In this document: positions 31,574-41,844 of the stretch, piece by piece
Position numbering within the stretch: position 1 is the stretch's first letter
How the letters are laid out: every line of letters begins with the position of its first letter
From: Candidatus Bathyarchaeota archaeon
GTDB lineage: Archaea > Thermoproteota > Bathyarchaeia > Bathyarchaeales > Bathycorpusculaceae
Length of the DNA: 64,000 nt
Direction: 5' to 3'
NCBI GenBank assembly: GCA_963770935.1
Contig: CAVYRJ010000009.1
Location: forward strand, 64,001 to 128,000
Made by a program: the position numbers and the translations under genes
Notes under the pieces: model-generated
What the model was told of the DNA's origin: nothing
The model's input: the letters and a program-made list of their open reading frames with translations, nothing else
Database searches by the model: none

Positions 31574-32433
31574 CTACACCTTCTGCAAATGTTTAAGCGC
31601 TGCGTGCCTCATGACTTCAACAGGCGCAGGTTTCCCCGTCCAGATTTCAAACGATGCAGCACCTTGATAAATCAACATCTCAACCCCGCTTACAACTTTG
31701 GCTCCTACAGCTTGTGCTTCTTTAACCAGTTTGGTCTCTATGGGGTTGTAAACTATATCCATTACCGCTAAATTTGGACCTTAACAATTTAGGTGCTACA
31801 ACGCTTTCTTCTGACTTTGGGTTTCATTCCGATTGATGTGGCGTTAATTAGAATGTCTGAGTCTTGTAGGTTCTGCTGGATTTCCTTTGGTGAAAGTGAA
31901 CCCGCAAATATTTTTTTGTTAGCTAATTTTTCCAGCAGTTTAGCCAGGTCTTGAGCTGGTTTTAGGGTTCGGTTTAAAACTGCAAGCTCATCGGTTTCCT
32001 TAGCCATCGAGTACGCTATGGCTCTTGCAGCTCCGCCTGCACCAAGCAACAAAACTTTTCTGCCCTTAAGCTCCACACCGTTTTCTCGTAGAGCCTTTAG
32101 CGCTCCAACTCCATCAGTATTGAACCCAAAAAGTTTGCTTTCTTTGTTCAGGACAGTGTTGACCGAATTTATTATTTGTGCAGACAAGTCAACTCTATCT
32201 AGAAATTTTAGGATCGCACTCTTATGAGGCATCGTTACGTTTAGTCCGCGTATGTTTAGTGCGCGCATTCCATTTGCTGCGTTTTCAAGTTCTGCAGGTT
32301 TTACTTTGAAGGCTATAAACGAGTAGTCAAGTTTAAGGGCGTTAAAAGCGGCATTATGCATAATGGGGCTTAAGGTGTGTTCTATTGGATCACCGATGAC
32401 TCCACAAATCCTTGTTTTTCCAGATATATCCAT
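31574..32433 (-). CDS. aroE: Shikimate dehydrogenase (one indel near 31800)
   Basis: HTLSPIMHN, NVTMPHK, NTDG, GAGGAA, DIVYNP, MLIYQG. Confidence 0.92.
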
Positions 32434-32434
32434 T

Positions 32435-33118
32435 TTATTTTATCCCCAAAAGAGTATAAGCAGATCTCATTTCTCGGATACTCATTTGCCCTGTTGCGGT
32501 TTCATCGCCCGCATCTAGCGAAGCGAAAGTGAAGAAGGCTCCAAAGACCGGTGAGAGAAGCCTAGAGACTTTGCCGGGTTCACCCATGCAAAAACAAACT
32601 ATCTTGGCCTTGCTCGATGCGAAAGAAACAAAGCTCAATGCGGGGAGGGTGTCTTCAACTTGTTTGGCGGTTGTAACAATCTTGCATATGCTGGCTCCAC
32701 TGGCAATTTCCTCGTCAAGGATTTTCTCCATTGCTGAAACGTTGAGTGCCCCATCGAATTTGTGGTAGGAAGCGATTGGCTTAGCCCCCAGCAACTTAAG
32801 TTGGCTGATTGATTCTTTATGCTTTGGGCTTAACAAATCAACATCAACGTACTCAAAACCATTTTTGGCAGCGTTTACTAGTGTTTGTTGCCGTTCAGAC
32901 TCTGTTCCACCAAAGAAACCTGTTTCGCTTCGAAGTTTATTTGTTGCGATTAGGGGTGTTCTTGTACTTGCAGAAATATTTGATAGTTGGCAAGAATTTT
33001 CTAAACAGTCTAACCTAACTTCGATGAGGTCTGCTTTGGCTTTCTCGGATTTCTCAATCAGATTTAACGCTTCAAAATTGTTTTTGGGGAGAATCGAAAC
33101 ACAGATTCTCGCGGTCAC
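32435..33118 (-). CDS. aroD: Type I 3-dehydroquinate dehydratase
   Basis: EVRLD, SYH, KIV, MGE-x-G-x-x-SR, GQ motifs. Confidence 0.9.
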   Translation of the reverse strand: MTARICVSILPKNNFEALNLIEKSEKAKADLIEVRLDCLENSCQLSNISASTRTPLIATNKLRSETGFFGGTESERQQTLVNAAKNGFEYVDVDLLSPKHKESISQLKLLGAKPIASYHKFDGALNVSAMEKILDEEIASGASICKIVTTAKQVEDTLPALSFVSFASSKAKIVCFCMGEPGKVSRLLSPVFGAFFTFASLDAGDETATGQMSIREMRSAYTLLGIK

Positions 33119-34156
33119 TTTTCGATCACCGTTTCTTCAGGCACAGATATGCCGAAGTGTCTTCCTCCCTTCGCCGCTAAATGCACAAGGACTTCATCAT
33201 TTGGTTTTAATTCAGTGACTGGTTTGGAATCTTTGGGGAGTGACTAGGCGGATGGTTTCTGCATTCTGAAGGATTGTTTTTATTTTTGTGTTGCCTGCTT
33301 GGGCTTCAATTAGAATGAGGGGGCGAAACTCGATTTTGGATCTGCCAACGTTTGTGACCCTGACGTTGCCTTCTCGGCTGACTATTAGGACTTCGTCTCC
33401 TGCTTTGAGCTCTGAAAGGTATCGCGTGCTCTGGGCAGAGGTTAAGGTGTAGTGAGATGCCGGTCCAGCGTTCACTCGGAAGGGTCTAGACTGCACATAG
33501 GGGTTTTCGTTGACTTCAGCTTCAACAAGAAAAAACCCTGCAGATTGGCATCCGACAAGCATTCCTTCGCCGGGTACCATCAAGTCGACCGTGTCCACGC
33601 AAACTCTTGCTCCTGAGCCAATCGGCTTAATGGATAAAATCTTCGCTGATGTCAACGTCATTTTCGGAGATTGAGCCTTGATGATTTTGATGGTTTTTTC
33701 CAGTTCTGTTGAGTTTCCAGTTTTAAGCAGCACTCCATCAGTTCCTAATTCAAGAGCTTCCAAAACTATCTTCGCATCCTCGGAAGTGTTGACTTCGGCG
33801 ATAAGAGCGCTTTTTCCTCTGCCTTTGGCAATTAAGTTTTCAAGGGGGATCACTCGCCAATCAAGACAGTTTATAATTACATAGTCAACTCCAAGTTCTG
33901 CAGCTTTAGCTGCTTTGTTCTCGTCTTCTTTACCCTGAATTGTAACTCGAAGAGCCGTTTTTTTGCCCTCTTTCTTTAGCTGAGCAAGCTTTTTCTCGTT
34001 TAAATCTGAAAGAAAAGTTATGAATAATTTTCCGTTGCGGTTGCTGGCTTGGTTGTTTTCGAGAATTACATCAACGTTTTCAATAGCAAGGCTAAGTAAA
34101 CCTTCCTTTTCTTGAGTGGTTGCGTTTTGCGCGATTTCTAGCCAGAGTTCTTTCAA
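33115..34156 (-). CDS. 3-dehydroquinate synthase II (AroB', indel near 33235)
   Basis: W-x-x-IPLEN, RVCVDT, RPFRVNAG, LQNAETIR; the shifted frame continues …GGRHFG…EK* and overlaps the aroD start (GTGA). Confidence 0.9.
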
Positions 34157-34944
34157 CGTTTTTCACCGAGAATTCTAAGCGCTTGCTCAACCGATGCATC
34201 ATGATGGACAATGGCGGAGAGCGCTTTTGAAATTTGAGTTGGGCTGTCACATTGGAATACATTGCGTCCGATTGAAAGCCCAGCTGCGCCTGCTTTCAAA
34301 GCGTCACTTGTTGTTTGAAGCACTTCCTCTAAGGATTTGCATTTTGGTCCACCCGCGATGACTACTGGGACCGGACAGCTTTCGACAACTGTCTTGAAAG
34401 TTTCGATGGTGCCTGTGTAGTTTGTTTTGATTATGTCTGCGCCAAGTTCAGCGCCGATTCTGGCGGCATGCGCTACCATTTCGGGTGCATGTTCGTTTGG
34501 GATTTTGGGTCCACGCGGGTACATCATCGCCAATAATGGGATTCCTAAGGCATCACATTCCTCGGCGACTTTACCCAAGTTTTGGAGCATTTTATCTTCA
34601 TCTTGTGCGCCAACGTTGACGTGTACAGAGACCGCGTCTGCACCTATCCGTATGGCTTCCTGTAGGCTGCATACTTGGACTTTGGCGTTTATGTTTGGGC
34701 TAAGGTTTGACATGCCAGATAACATAACGATTAATCCTGCATCTCCAGTGTCGACTCGTTTGGCGATGCCTTTGTGTACAAGGATTGCGTCGACTCCGCC
34801 TTTAACAAGCTTGTCGGTTATAGTTTGCATGTTGGTTATGCCTTGGATAGGTCCAACGGTTACGCCATGGTCCATTGGCACGATAACTGTGCGGTTATCT
34901 TGCTGCATGATTCTTTTTAGTCTGCGATTTTTTCCTGTGTTCAT
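34153..34944 (-). CDS. 2-amino-3,7-dideoxy-D-threo-hept-6-ulosonate (ADH) synthase, class I aldolase (AroA')
   Basis: PMDHG, MYPRG, ELGADIIKT, AGG, GRNVFQ; adjacent to DHQ synthase II. Confidence 0.9.
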   Translation of the reverse strand: MNTGKNRRLKRIMQQDNRTVIVPMDHGVTVGPIQGITNMQTITDKLVKGGVDAILVHKGIAKRVDTGDAGLIVMLSGMSNLSPNINAKVQVCSLQEAIRIGADAVSVHVNVGAQDEDKMLQNLGKVAEECDALGIPLLAMMYPRGPKIPNEHAPEMVAHAARIGAELGADIIKTNYTGTIETFKTVVESCPVPVVIAGGPKCKSLEEVLQTTSDALKAGAAGLSIGRNVFQCDSPTQISKALSAIVHHDASVEQALRILGEKR

Positions 34945-34952
34945 TTTTCCAC

Positions 34953-36188
34953 CTAGTGTGTTTTAAGTGAGTTTTTAATTAACTTTAACGCTTTTTCTTT
35001 ATCATTCCAATCCACAAAAAGCAAAATGCTCGATGTAATGGTTAAGATTCCAGAGATGTTTATGCCGTTGACTCTTAGGTCTTCGCTGATTTTGCCAATG
35101 ATGCCATGCGTTTCCTCTAAACCGACACCGCTGGTTTTTATGAAGACAAGATCTTTTTTGACAGCCATAGCGATTGTTTCTTTGTTGTTGGTTGTTATGT
35201 TATGGATTTGGTTGAAGAGAGCATCGATGTTTTTTTCCTGTGGCACGTAGAGAATGATTGAGTTTGTGTTCATTGACATGCCAAGCAGCATCGAGTTTTC
35301 TCTTACTTTCTCCACCATCTCTGTGATGACTTGGGGGTTGGCGGACATGCCGTTTCCTATTACAGTGACCTCAGCAACAGGGGTTGGATGAGCGATTTCA
35401 GCGTCAAGTTCAGTTGCTAATCCGCCTGTGATTATTGTACCTGCTCGACTCAAGTCTCCATAGGCATTGCTGATGACTTTTACATCGATGTCTTTGGGTT
35501 TGTATTTGAGGGCTTTGCTATGTATGAATTTCGCGCCTGAATCCGCTAAGCCAACAAGGGTGTTAACGTTGATTTCAGAAAGCCGTTTAGGTGAGGCGAT
35601 AATTTTTGGGTCACTAGACATTATGCCATCTGCATCAGTTACCAGAACAACTAGGTTTGCGTTTATCCCTTGTGCTAATATGAATGCAGTAGTATCACTT
35701 CCTCCTCTACCAAGGGTAGTAATTTTGCCGTCTTTAGTTTTGCCGAGGAACCCAGCGATGACGGGGATAGTACCTTTCTCAATAAGAGGAAGGACGCATT
35801 CTTTGATATTTTTATCGCACTCTTTGAGCATTGGGTTTGCGTTTTGGAATGAATTATCAGTTATAATTGGCCACTTATCATCCATTGGATCGAAGTAGCA
35901 TGCGTCAACACCATTATTCTTCAGTGCAGCGGCAAAAATACGCACGCTGGTTCGTTCACCCATTGAGAGAATGTCATCTAAATCATGTTTCTCCAATTTT
36001 CCGTTCGAAGTGTTCTTCGCAGTAGTCATGAGGACGTCGGTTGTTTTGCCCATAGCAGAAACTACAACAGCGATTCTTGTGCCTTTTTTAGCTTCATTAA
36101 CTACGGAAACAACTGCTTTAAGGAGCCTCTCGTGATCGGATAGGCTAGAGCCACCGAATTTAACCACAATTTTTTTGTTAGCTAACAT
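34953..36188 (-). CDS. lysC: Aspartate kinase
   Basis: VVKFGGSS, VVSAMG, TLGRGGSDTTA, C-terminal ACT-like region. Confidence 0.88.
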   Translation of the reverse strand: MLANKKIVVKFGGSSLSDHERLLKAVVSVVNEAKKGTRIAVVVSAMGKTTDVLMTTAKNTSNGKLEKHDLDDILSMGERTSVRIFAAALKNNGVDACYFDPMDDKWPIITDNSFQNANPMLKECDKNIKECVLPLIEKGTIPVIAGFLGKTKDGKITTLGRGGSDTTAFILAQGINANLVVLVTDADGIMSSDPKIIASPKRLSEINVNTLVGLADSGAKFIHSKALKYKPKDIDVKVISNAYGDLSRAGTIITGGLATELDAEIAHPTPVAEVTVIGNGMSANPQVITEMVEKVRENSMLLGMSMNTNSIILYVPQEKNIDALFNQIHNITTNNKETIAMAVKKDLVFIKTSGVGLEETHGIIGKISEDLRVNGINISGILTITSSILLFVDWNDKEKALKLIKNSLKTH

Positions 36189-36207
36189 TTCAGTACACCC
36201 GTGTTTC

Positions 36208-36294
36208 GCCCAGAACCGTTCCCCAAAAATTTTTCAGTTCTGGGCTTAAGGAAAATAGTAATAATAAAAGTAGTAGTCGAAGCTAAGGAACGGT
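36208..36294 (-). promoter_or_regulatory. Attenuator-like alternative RNA pairings of the aro leader
   Basis: GCCCAGAACUG pairs with CGGUUCUGGGC; ACCGUUCCUUAG in the leader ORF pairs with the overlapping UUGGGGAACGGU. Confidence 0.7.
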
Positions 36295-36332
36295 GATGCG
36301 TTGGTTTCTTTCTTGCTATTGCAATTGAGCAT
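36246..36332 (-). CDS. Phe/Tyr-rich leader peptide MLNCNSKKETNASPFLSFDYYFYYYYFP
   Basis: Translated by hand. 10 Phe/Tyr among the last 14 sense codons, 8 consecutive; stop 57 nt before the aspartokinase ATG. Confidence 0.8.
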   Translation of the reverse strand: MLNCNSKKETNASPFLSFDYYFYYYYFP

Positions 36333-36368
36333 TTTGCTTCGGACCAGTGAAAGAGTCATTGCAGAGAA

Positions 36369-36384
36369 AATATAAGCGTTTCGG
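36369..36384 (-). promoter_or_regulatory. BRE/TATA promoter of the aro operon leader
   Basis: Minus strand CCGAAACG-CTTATATT; implied start site near 36346. Confidence 0.6.
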
Positions 36385-36452
36385 ATTCAGACTAAAGTTT
36401 GAACGCCGTCTATTGCTCTTAATTTAGTGTTAGTTAATATCGAAAACTAAAT

Positions 36453-37277
36453 TTAGGCAGTTATTTTTGGCGGAGGACGCACACGCCGTCTACCAAGCTT
36501 CACACGTAACGCTATGCGGTACAGTTTCCGTAGCGACTTAACTAATTGTTCAACAGTGGGCGCATTTGAGTAAATAAGTGGTATGTGTTCGTATTCAGCT
36601 ATTCGTATGGCTTCCTCATCAGGCACTGTTTTGTGGAAAACTACTATGCGTGGTTTGAGGCTACTTACACGCACAATCATCATGGGCAAACATCCAGCTT
36701 CAACGCTAGTGAAAATCAATGCCCGCTCGGTTGATGCCCCAAAAAGCTGCGTGTACTCCGAGCCTGAGTAAGCCTCAACCGCTTTTCTGCTATCGATAAC
36801 GGTATATCCGTTGACTTCTTTTACGAATTTTTCTTTGCAAGCCACCACTTCGCCCCCGATAGCCTTACACAAGTACTCCACCCTGACGGGTATGGGAAAC
36901 TCGCGGAGGTCCACAACCGCCATGCTAGGTGAACTGGTTAGTTTAGCGAATTCCCGTATGAAACGGCTGCCTTTGCCCTCGTCAATATGCAGAAGCGAAA
37001 GCACGAATCTGCGGATAAATTTGGCGCCTGGACTTTTCCTTCTGCAGCTTTCATAGTCACTAATGACTGAAGAGGATAATCCCATCGCTTCGGAGAGGCT
37101 GATTTGGGAAACAGCGAAGAGTTCACGCCACTTCTTCATAGTTGAGCCTGGTTTGCTTGAAAGAATTATTTCTCCAGCGATTCTTCTCGCTAAAACTTCC
37201 CTCAGACCAGGCGATATTGACACGAAATAATTCCTCTCTCTTGCACCTTTCCCTTCAAAGTTGAGGTATAAAACCAT
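36453..37277 (-). CDS. Archaeal XRE-type HTH transcriptional regulator (COG1709-like)
   Basis: IAGEI…PG-x-x-MKKWRELF…SQ…ISDYES-x-RRKSPG, plus C-terminal ERALIFT domain; true start probably somewhat downstream. Confidence 0.82.
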   Translation of the reverse strand: MVLYLNFEGKGARERNYFVSISPGLREVLARRIAGEIILSSKPGSTMKKWRELFAVSQISLSEAMGLSSSVISDYESCRRKSPGAKFIRRFVLSLLHIDEGKGSRFIREFAKLTSSPSMAVVDLREFPIPVRVEYLCKAIGGEVVACKEKFVKEVNGYTVIDSRKAVEAYSGSEYTQLFGASTERALIFTSVEAGCLPMMIVRVSSLKPRIVVFHKTVPDEEAIRIAEYEHIPLIYSNAPTVEQLVKSLRKLYRIALRVKLGRRRVRPPPKITA

Positions 37278-37501
37278 AGCGTTTTTTGGAGAGAACCATC
37301 GACAAACAACCGATTTAATTGATAAATCTACACAAATAAAAACTGCTTTTAGGCATTATATTTTGCAGTTGGAGCTATTTAGCGGGTCAAGTTGCTGAAT
37401 TTGGTTTATTAGGAAGTTTAACGTACTCTTGGTTTAACGTTCTACCCGAAAGGGCAAAGAACGTTATCCGCATCGAAGAATCAAATAAAAAAAGGAGTGA
37501 T

Positions 37502-37798
37502 ATGAATATGACAGAAAAAGCTAATGACGTAATATTCGTCGGAAATAAACCACCCATGAGCTATGTACTCGCCATCATAACTGCATTCTCTTCAGGCGCA
37601 GGGAAAGAAATTACCCTTAAAGCCCGAGGACAAGCAATCACCACCGCAGTTGACGTAGCAGAAATCACAAGAAGCCGCTTCATTAAAGACCTCAAAGTGA
37701 CAAAGATCGCAATCGGCACTGCAGAAATGCCACCACGAGAAGGCGAAAATAGGTCCAGGATGGTTTCAACCATAGAAATTACTCTCACAAAAGAGTAA
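37502..37798 (+). CDS. albA: DNA/RNA-binding protein Alba
   Basis: VGNKPPMSYV, LKARG-x-AI-x-x-AVDVAE, VSTIEI; GGAGTGA SD. Confidence 0.95.
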   Translation: MNMTEKANDVIFVGNKPPMSYVLAIITAFSSGAGKEITLKARGQAITTAVDVAEITRSRFIKDLKVTKIAIGTAEMPPREGENRSRMVSTIEITLTKE

Positions 37799-37845
37799 AT
37801 CTACGGATAAAATTGAAACTGGGAGTTTTTAATCTCTCCAATTTT

Positions 37846-38619
37846 TTACTTTTGTTTTTTCTTCAGATATGCATCGACGTTTTTTACAATTTCCATGAAA
37901 GCCTTAGCTGCCGCCGAATCTTTATGTGACAGAACAAAGGGTGTTCCCTTATCAGAATCCACACCTACTTTGGGATCGATGGGTATGCTGCCCAGAAAAG
38001 CTACTTCCATTTCTTGAGCCATCTTTTTGCCGCCGCCTGACTGGAAAATCTCTATTTTCTCGTTGCAATGTGGACAAATAAATCCACTCATGTTCTCCAC
38101 AACGCCGATAATTGGCATGTTCAGTCTTTGTGCGAAAGTGATTGCTTTCTTAACGATGGAGCTGGAAAGTTCAGAGGGCATTGTAACGATCACTACGCCG
38201 TCGATGTCTGGGAGAAGCTGGGCTATGCTTAAAGGTTCATCGCCGGTTCCAGGTGGCAAGTCAATGAAGAGAAAATCAAGTTCGCCCCACTCGACATCTG
38301 AGAGGAATTGGCGGATTGCCCGCATCTTTAGCGGTCCACGCCAAATAGTGGGCGCCTGTTCTGGCAAAAAGAAATCAATCGACATAACTTTCATTCCTAA
38401 TGGCCCATCAACTGGGAAAAGTCCCATGGGGCTAGTTTTAGCCTGCTTTCCCTCTAAACCCAGAAGCCTAGGCACACTTGGTCCGTGAATATCTGCGTCT
38501 AAAACTCCCACACTTTTTCCCTGCATCGCAAAAGCGGTAGCAAGGTTAACGGTGACGGTGCTTTTTCCTACACCGCCTTTGCCGCTTATGATTGCAATTT
38601 TATGTTTAATCTTACCCAT
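37846..38619 (-). CDS. mrp: Mrp/ApbC/NBP35 Fe-S carrier ATPase (N-terminus probably extends to about 38699)
   Basis: SGKGGVGKST, WRGP, DLPPGTGD, ENMS-x-x-x-CPHC. Confidence 0.92.
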   Translation of the reverse strand: MGKIKHKIAIISGKGGVGKSTVTVNLATAFAMQGKSVGVLDADIHGPSVPRLLGLEGKQAKTSPMGLFPVDGPLGMKVMSIDFFLPEQAPTIWRGPLKMRAIRQFLSDVEWGELDFLFIDLPPGTGDEPLSIAQLLPDIDGVVIVTMPSELSSSIVKKAITFAQRLNMPIIGVVENMSGFICPHCNEKIEIFQSGGGKKMAQEMEVAFLGSIPIDPKVGVDSDKGTPFVLSHKDSAAAKAFMEIVKNVDAYLKKKQK

Positions 38620-38804
38620 TGCGTCTTTGAGTTTCTGTTGTTCTTGGGATGCTTCTGTTTGTAAGCTGCAATTTGAGCCATGTTTCTTTCATAAGCCATA
38701 AAAACACATCGCTTGCTTCTGTTAAGGTTTGATTCCGAAGTAAACTAAAATAGGTTACGGTAATATCCATATCAGTTAAACAAACGCTTTTTTAGGCGAA
38801 CAAT

Positions 38805-39773
38805 ATGGTTACACTTGAAAATATTCAAAGCGCACAAAAAACCATTGCGCCATACGCAAAAAACGCCCCATTAATCCGCTCTAAATTTCTAAGCGACCTA
38901 TGCAAAGCCAACGTTTACTTGAAACTTGAAAATTTGCAGGTTACACACTCATTCAAGATTCGAGGCGTCATAAACAAACTACTAAACTTAACCACGGAGG
39001 AGAAAGTAAGAGGTGTCGTGACGGCTTCAGCTGGCAATCATGGTCAAGCAGTGGCTTTTGGAGCAAAAGAACTTGATTTCAAAGCGAAAATTATAGTTCC
39101 AACTACAACGCCGAAGGTAAAAGTGGAGGGCATACGTCAATATGGGGCAGAGCTGGTTTTGTTTGGTGCAACTTACCCTGAAGCTGAACGTAAAGCTAAG
39201 GAACTGGCGCAGGTTGAAGGGCGTTTGTATATTTCTCCCTACAATGACGAGTTAATTGTTGCCGGGCATGGAACTATCGGTTTAGAAGTTTTAGCAGAGC
39301 TTCCAAATGTCGATGTAGTTATCGTACCAGTTGGTGGGGGAGGTTTAATCTCAGGTGTCAGCATAGCCTTGAAGAGTCTTAAGCCGACCGTTGAGGTTTT
39401 AGGAGTGCAGTCCGCTGCAGTTCCGATAATGTTTGAGTCTTTGAAGTCTGGTGAAATCGTTAAGGCCCATAGGCATGAGGGAAAAACCATCGCGGAGGGG
39501 CTCTCAGGAGGCGTCGAGAGGGGCTCAATAACTTTTGGGATTGTACAGCAATATGTTGATGAGATTTTCTTGGTTAGGGAACAGTCTATCAGACATGCTG
39601 TTTATGTTCTTTGGGAGAACGATAAGCAAGTTGTGGAAGGTTCAGGTGCTTCTGCTGCGGCGCTGCTTTTGGAGAATAAGGATTTGTTTGTTGGCAAAAC
39701 GGTTGTATTGGTGTTGACAGGCGGCAATATTGACGATTCGTTGTTTCAAACACTGTTAGCTTGGGAGAAATAA
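38805..39773 (+). CDS. ilvA: Threonine/serine dehydratase (short form, no ACT domain)
   Basis: KLENLQ…SFKIRG, SAGNHGQ, VGGGGL, TGGN. Confidence 0.85.
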   Translation: MVTLENIQSAQKTIAPYAKNAPLIRSKFLSDLCKANVYLKLENLQVTHSFKIRGVINKLLNLTTEEKVRGVVTASAGNHGQAVAFGAKELDFKAKIIVPTTTPKVKVEGIRQYGAELVLFGATYPEAERKAKELAQVEGRLYISPYNDELIVAGHGTIGLEVLAELPNVDVVIVPVGGGGLISGVSIALKSLKPTVEVLGVQSAAVPIMFESLKSGEIVKAHRHEGKTIAEGLSGGVERGSITFGIVQQYVDEIFLVREQSIRHAVYVLWENDKQVVEGSGASAAALLLENKDLFVGKTVVLVLTGGNIDDSLFQTLLAWEK

Positions 39774-39781
39774 GTTTGGTT

Positions 39782-40282
39782 TTAGCCTAGTTTGTACCCG
39801 ATTTTCCGAAGGAATTGCCGACGCTCCCCAACTTCTTTGTCAGTTTCTATGCCTTTGCTTCTTAGCCCATCTACAACGCCAACAATACCTCTACCCTGAC
39901 GGGTCTCGGCAATCAATACTTCCAGCGGATTAGCTGTCGCAGCATAAACAGTGCATACTTCAGGTACCTTCTTGATTTTGTCCAAAACATTAAGCGGATA
40001 GGCATTCTTTATGAATATCAAAAAGCTGTGTCCACAGCCAATTTCAAACGCCTTCTCCGCTGCCAACCTTCTTAGTTCAGGGTCGTTTCCTTCATGACGG
40101 ACAAGGCAAGGTCCTGAGCTTTCGCAGAAGCCCACGCCAAATTGGATATTTGGCACCGAATTAATCAGGGCTTCGTAGAGATCTTCGGCTGATTTGATAA
40201 AATGCGCTATCCCAAGGATAGTGTTGCAGTCTTTGGGTGGTTCAATTTTTACTGTTTTTATCTCCAACTTTAAGCCTCCCAT
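39782..40282 (-). CDS. Adenosine-specific kinase / AMP-binding family (COG1839-like)
   Basis: HFIK-x-x-[28 protein letters not shown]. Confidence 0.82.
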   Translation of the reverse strand: MGGLKLEIKTVKIEPPKDCNTILGIAHFIKSAEDLYEALINSVPNIQFGVGFCESSGPCLVRHEGNDPELRRLAAEKAFEIGCGHSFLIFIKNAYPLNVLDKIKKVPEVCTVYAATANPLEVLIAETRQGRGIVGVVDGLRSKGIETDKEVGERRQFLRKIGYKLG

Positions 40283-40394
40283 GTTACTGTTATTATTTTT
40301 TGGGATATAACGTTTTAAGCAATCTGTATTTATTTTCTGGCTGGCAAAACCTAAATATCAAAGTGTAGTATCTGATTCGAGAATGTAAGGCTGC

Positions 40395-40468
40395 GGGCTG
40401 GTAGTTCAGCTGGCATGAACGCTTGACTTGCACTCAAGAGGTCGGGGGTTCAAATCCCCCCCAGTCCA
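40395..40468 (+). tRNA. tRNA-Ala(UGC), intronless, CCA not encoded
   Basis: Full cloverleaf: GGGCTGG/CCAGTCC acceptor stem with G3:U70, CTTGA-CT-TGC-AC-TCAAG anticodon arm, GGGGG-TTCAAAT-CCCCC T arm. Confidence 0.97.
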
Positions 40469-40639
40469 CTGTATTCTTAAACTTGAAAAAATCAATAGAG
40501 CAAAAGCCCGCTACAATATTGTGACTGATTGCTCTTCCTCTTTTGATAAAGAATTGATACATCGGTTGCCAAGGTGTCTGTTTGGCTTGGAACCAATTTA
40601 TAAATAACTTGTTAGTCTAATTATTTATGAGGTTGTTTT

Positions 40640-40843
40640 ATGGAATTTAGAATAGCTGCAGTTGTAAGTTGCTGGCTTTCTGTAGCATTGATAGCTTCTG
40701 TTTACATGTTTGTTTTTGCTAGCCAAATTGGAGATATTTTGTTTGGAGTATTTTTGCCTGTAGGGTTGCTTGTTTTAGTGGCTTTGTTTGTAACAATTTA
40801 TGTAGCATCGAATCAGAAACAAGAGAAAAATAGCGCCGCTTAA
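40640..40843 (+). CDS. Small two-TM membrane protein
   Basis: GAGGT SD and two hydrophobic helices. Confidence 0.65.
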   Translation: MEFRIAAVVSCWLSVALIASVYMFVFASQIGDILFGVFLPVGLLVLVALFVTIYVASNQKQEKNSAA

Positions 40844-41006
40844 CCTTCAGTTAGGTCTCACCTCTTAGCACTCCTCTGTAAACTTTATCGGCCTTGACCC
40901 TCTGGGCAGAATGGTCCATCGAACTTGAATACAAGATACAATGGTACAGATTACTCTATTGACAACTAAATTAAAAATAGTTTAGATCCGGCGATCCGAC
41001 GTATGT

Positions 41007-41583
41007 CTACTCTATTATTGAATGAGCTTTCAAGAGACGTTGTGTAGTTAGTTCACCTAAAACCGCCAAGCTTTCAGTATCCAAGAAACACCTGGCTGAT
41101 TCGTCAAACAACACATTGGCTGACGCTGAGAACTCATATCTCAGCCCAAAGAATATAGATTAATGGGATTCCCTCTAAAGCAGGAATCTCCACGGATAAT
41201 TCTCCGAAATCCACGCGGTTTCCCTTTAACAATTTTGCAGCTTCCACAAGTTGTGTTTGGCTGTTTCCAAAAACTTGGGCAATCGGATTAACCGCCCTTT
41301 GGATAAATGCGTGTTCATAAGCGTATCCTCCAGGGAGGTCCCTGAACTTAATCAACTTGCCGCTCTTTGGCGTCTCATAAGCTAAGGAGTAATGAACTAG
41401 CAAAGCTGTTATGTTCTGGAGCGCCCATTCGTTGTGCACGACACTTTTTTCAAAGAGGTCGAGAAACTCACCTGTTTCCAAATCCAGTGAATAGCCTAAG
41501 AATTGGTATGAACGGGCTTTTTCAACTTTTGTAAGTTGCCTTATTTTTTTTAGCTGCTCGGTTTGTAGGTTCAACTTAGTCAT
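41007..41583 (-). CDS. DUF3786-like protein (indel near 41135)
   Basis: FRDLPGG-x-x-Y, P-x-x-x-ILW; shifted frame continues EFSASANVLFD…E. Confidence 0.72.
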
Positions 41584-41844
41584 TTAATTTAACCTCTGCC
41601 TATCTTCGCTTAATCTTTTTGGTTCATAAGTAGATAAAAGAAGGCGCTTCTGATAGTTAATGTGTACACGACTAATGCAACAGGGCATGACCAAAATTAA
41701 ATATTCTGTTTATAAAAAAAACATGATTTTCCCTATTTCACTTCCCATGGAATCTCCAAAAACAAGAATCACACATTATCACTAAGACACATTCTTAGAC
41801 AAAATTTATAGCTACAAATATAGGACGTTGAATGGCGACAAAGC

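Noticed and set aside
19255-35898. Long antisense ORFs inside the ilv/leu and aro operons
   Set aside because: Shadow frames of well-supported genes on the opposite strand.
36333-36359. Longer leader peptide from the in-frame ATG at 36359
   Set aside because: It lies only 10 nt from the TATA box, upstream of the expected transcription start.
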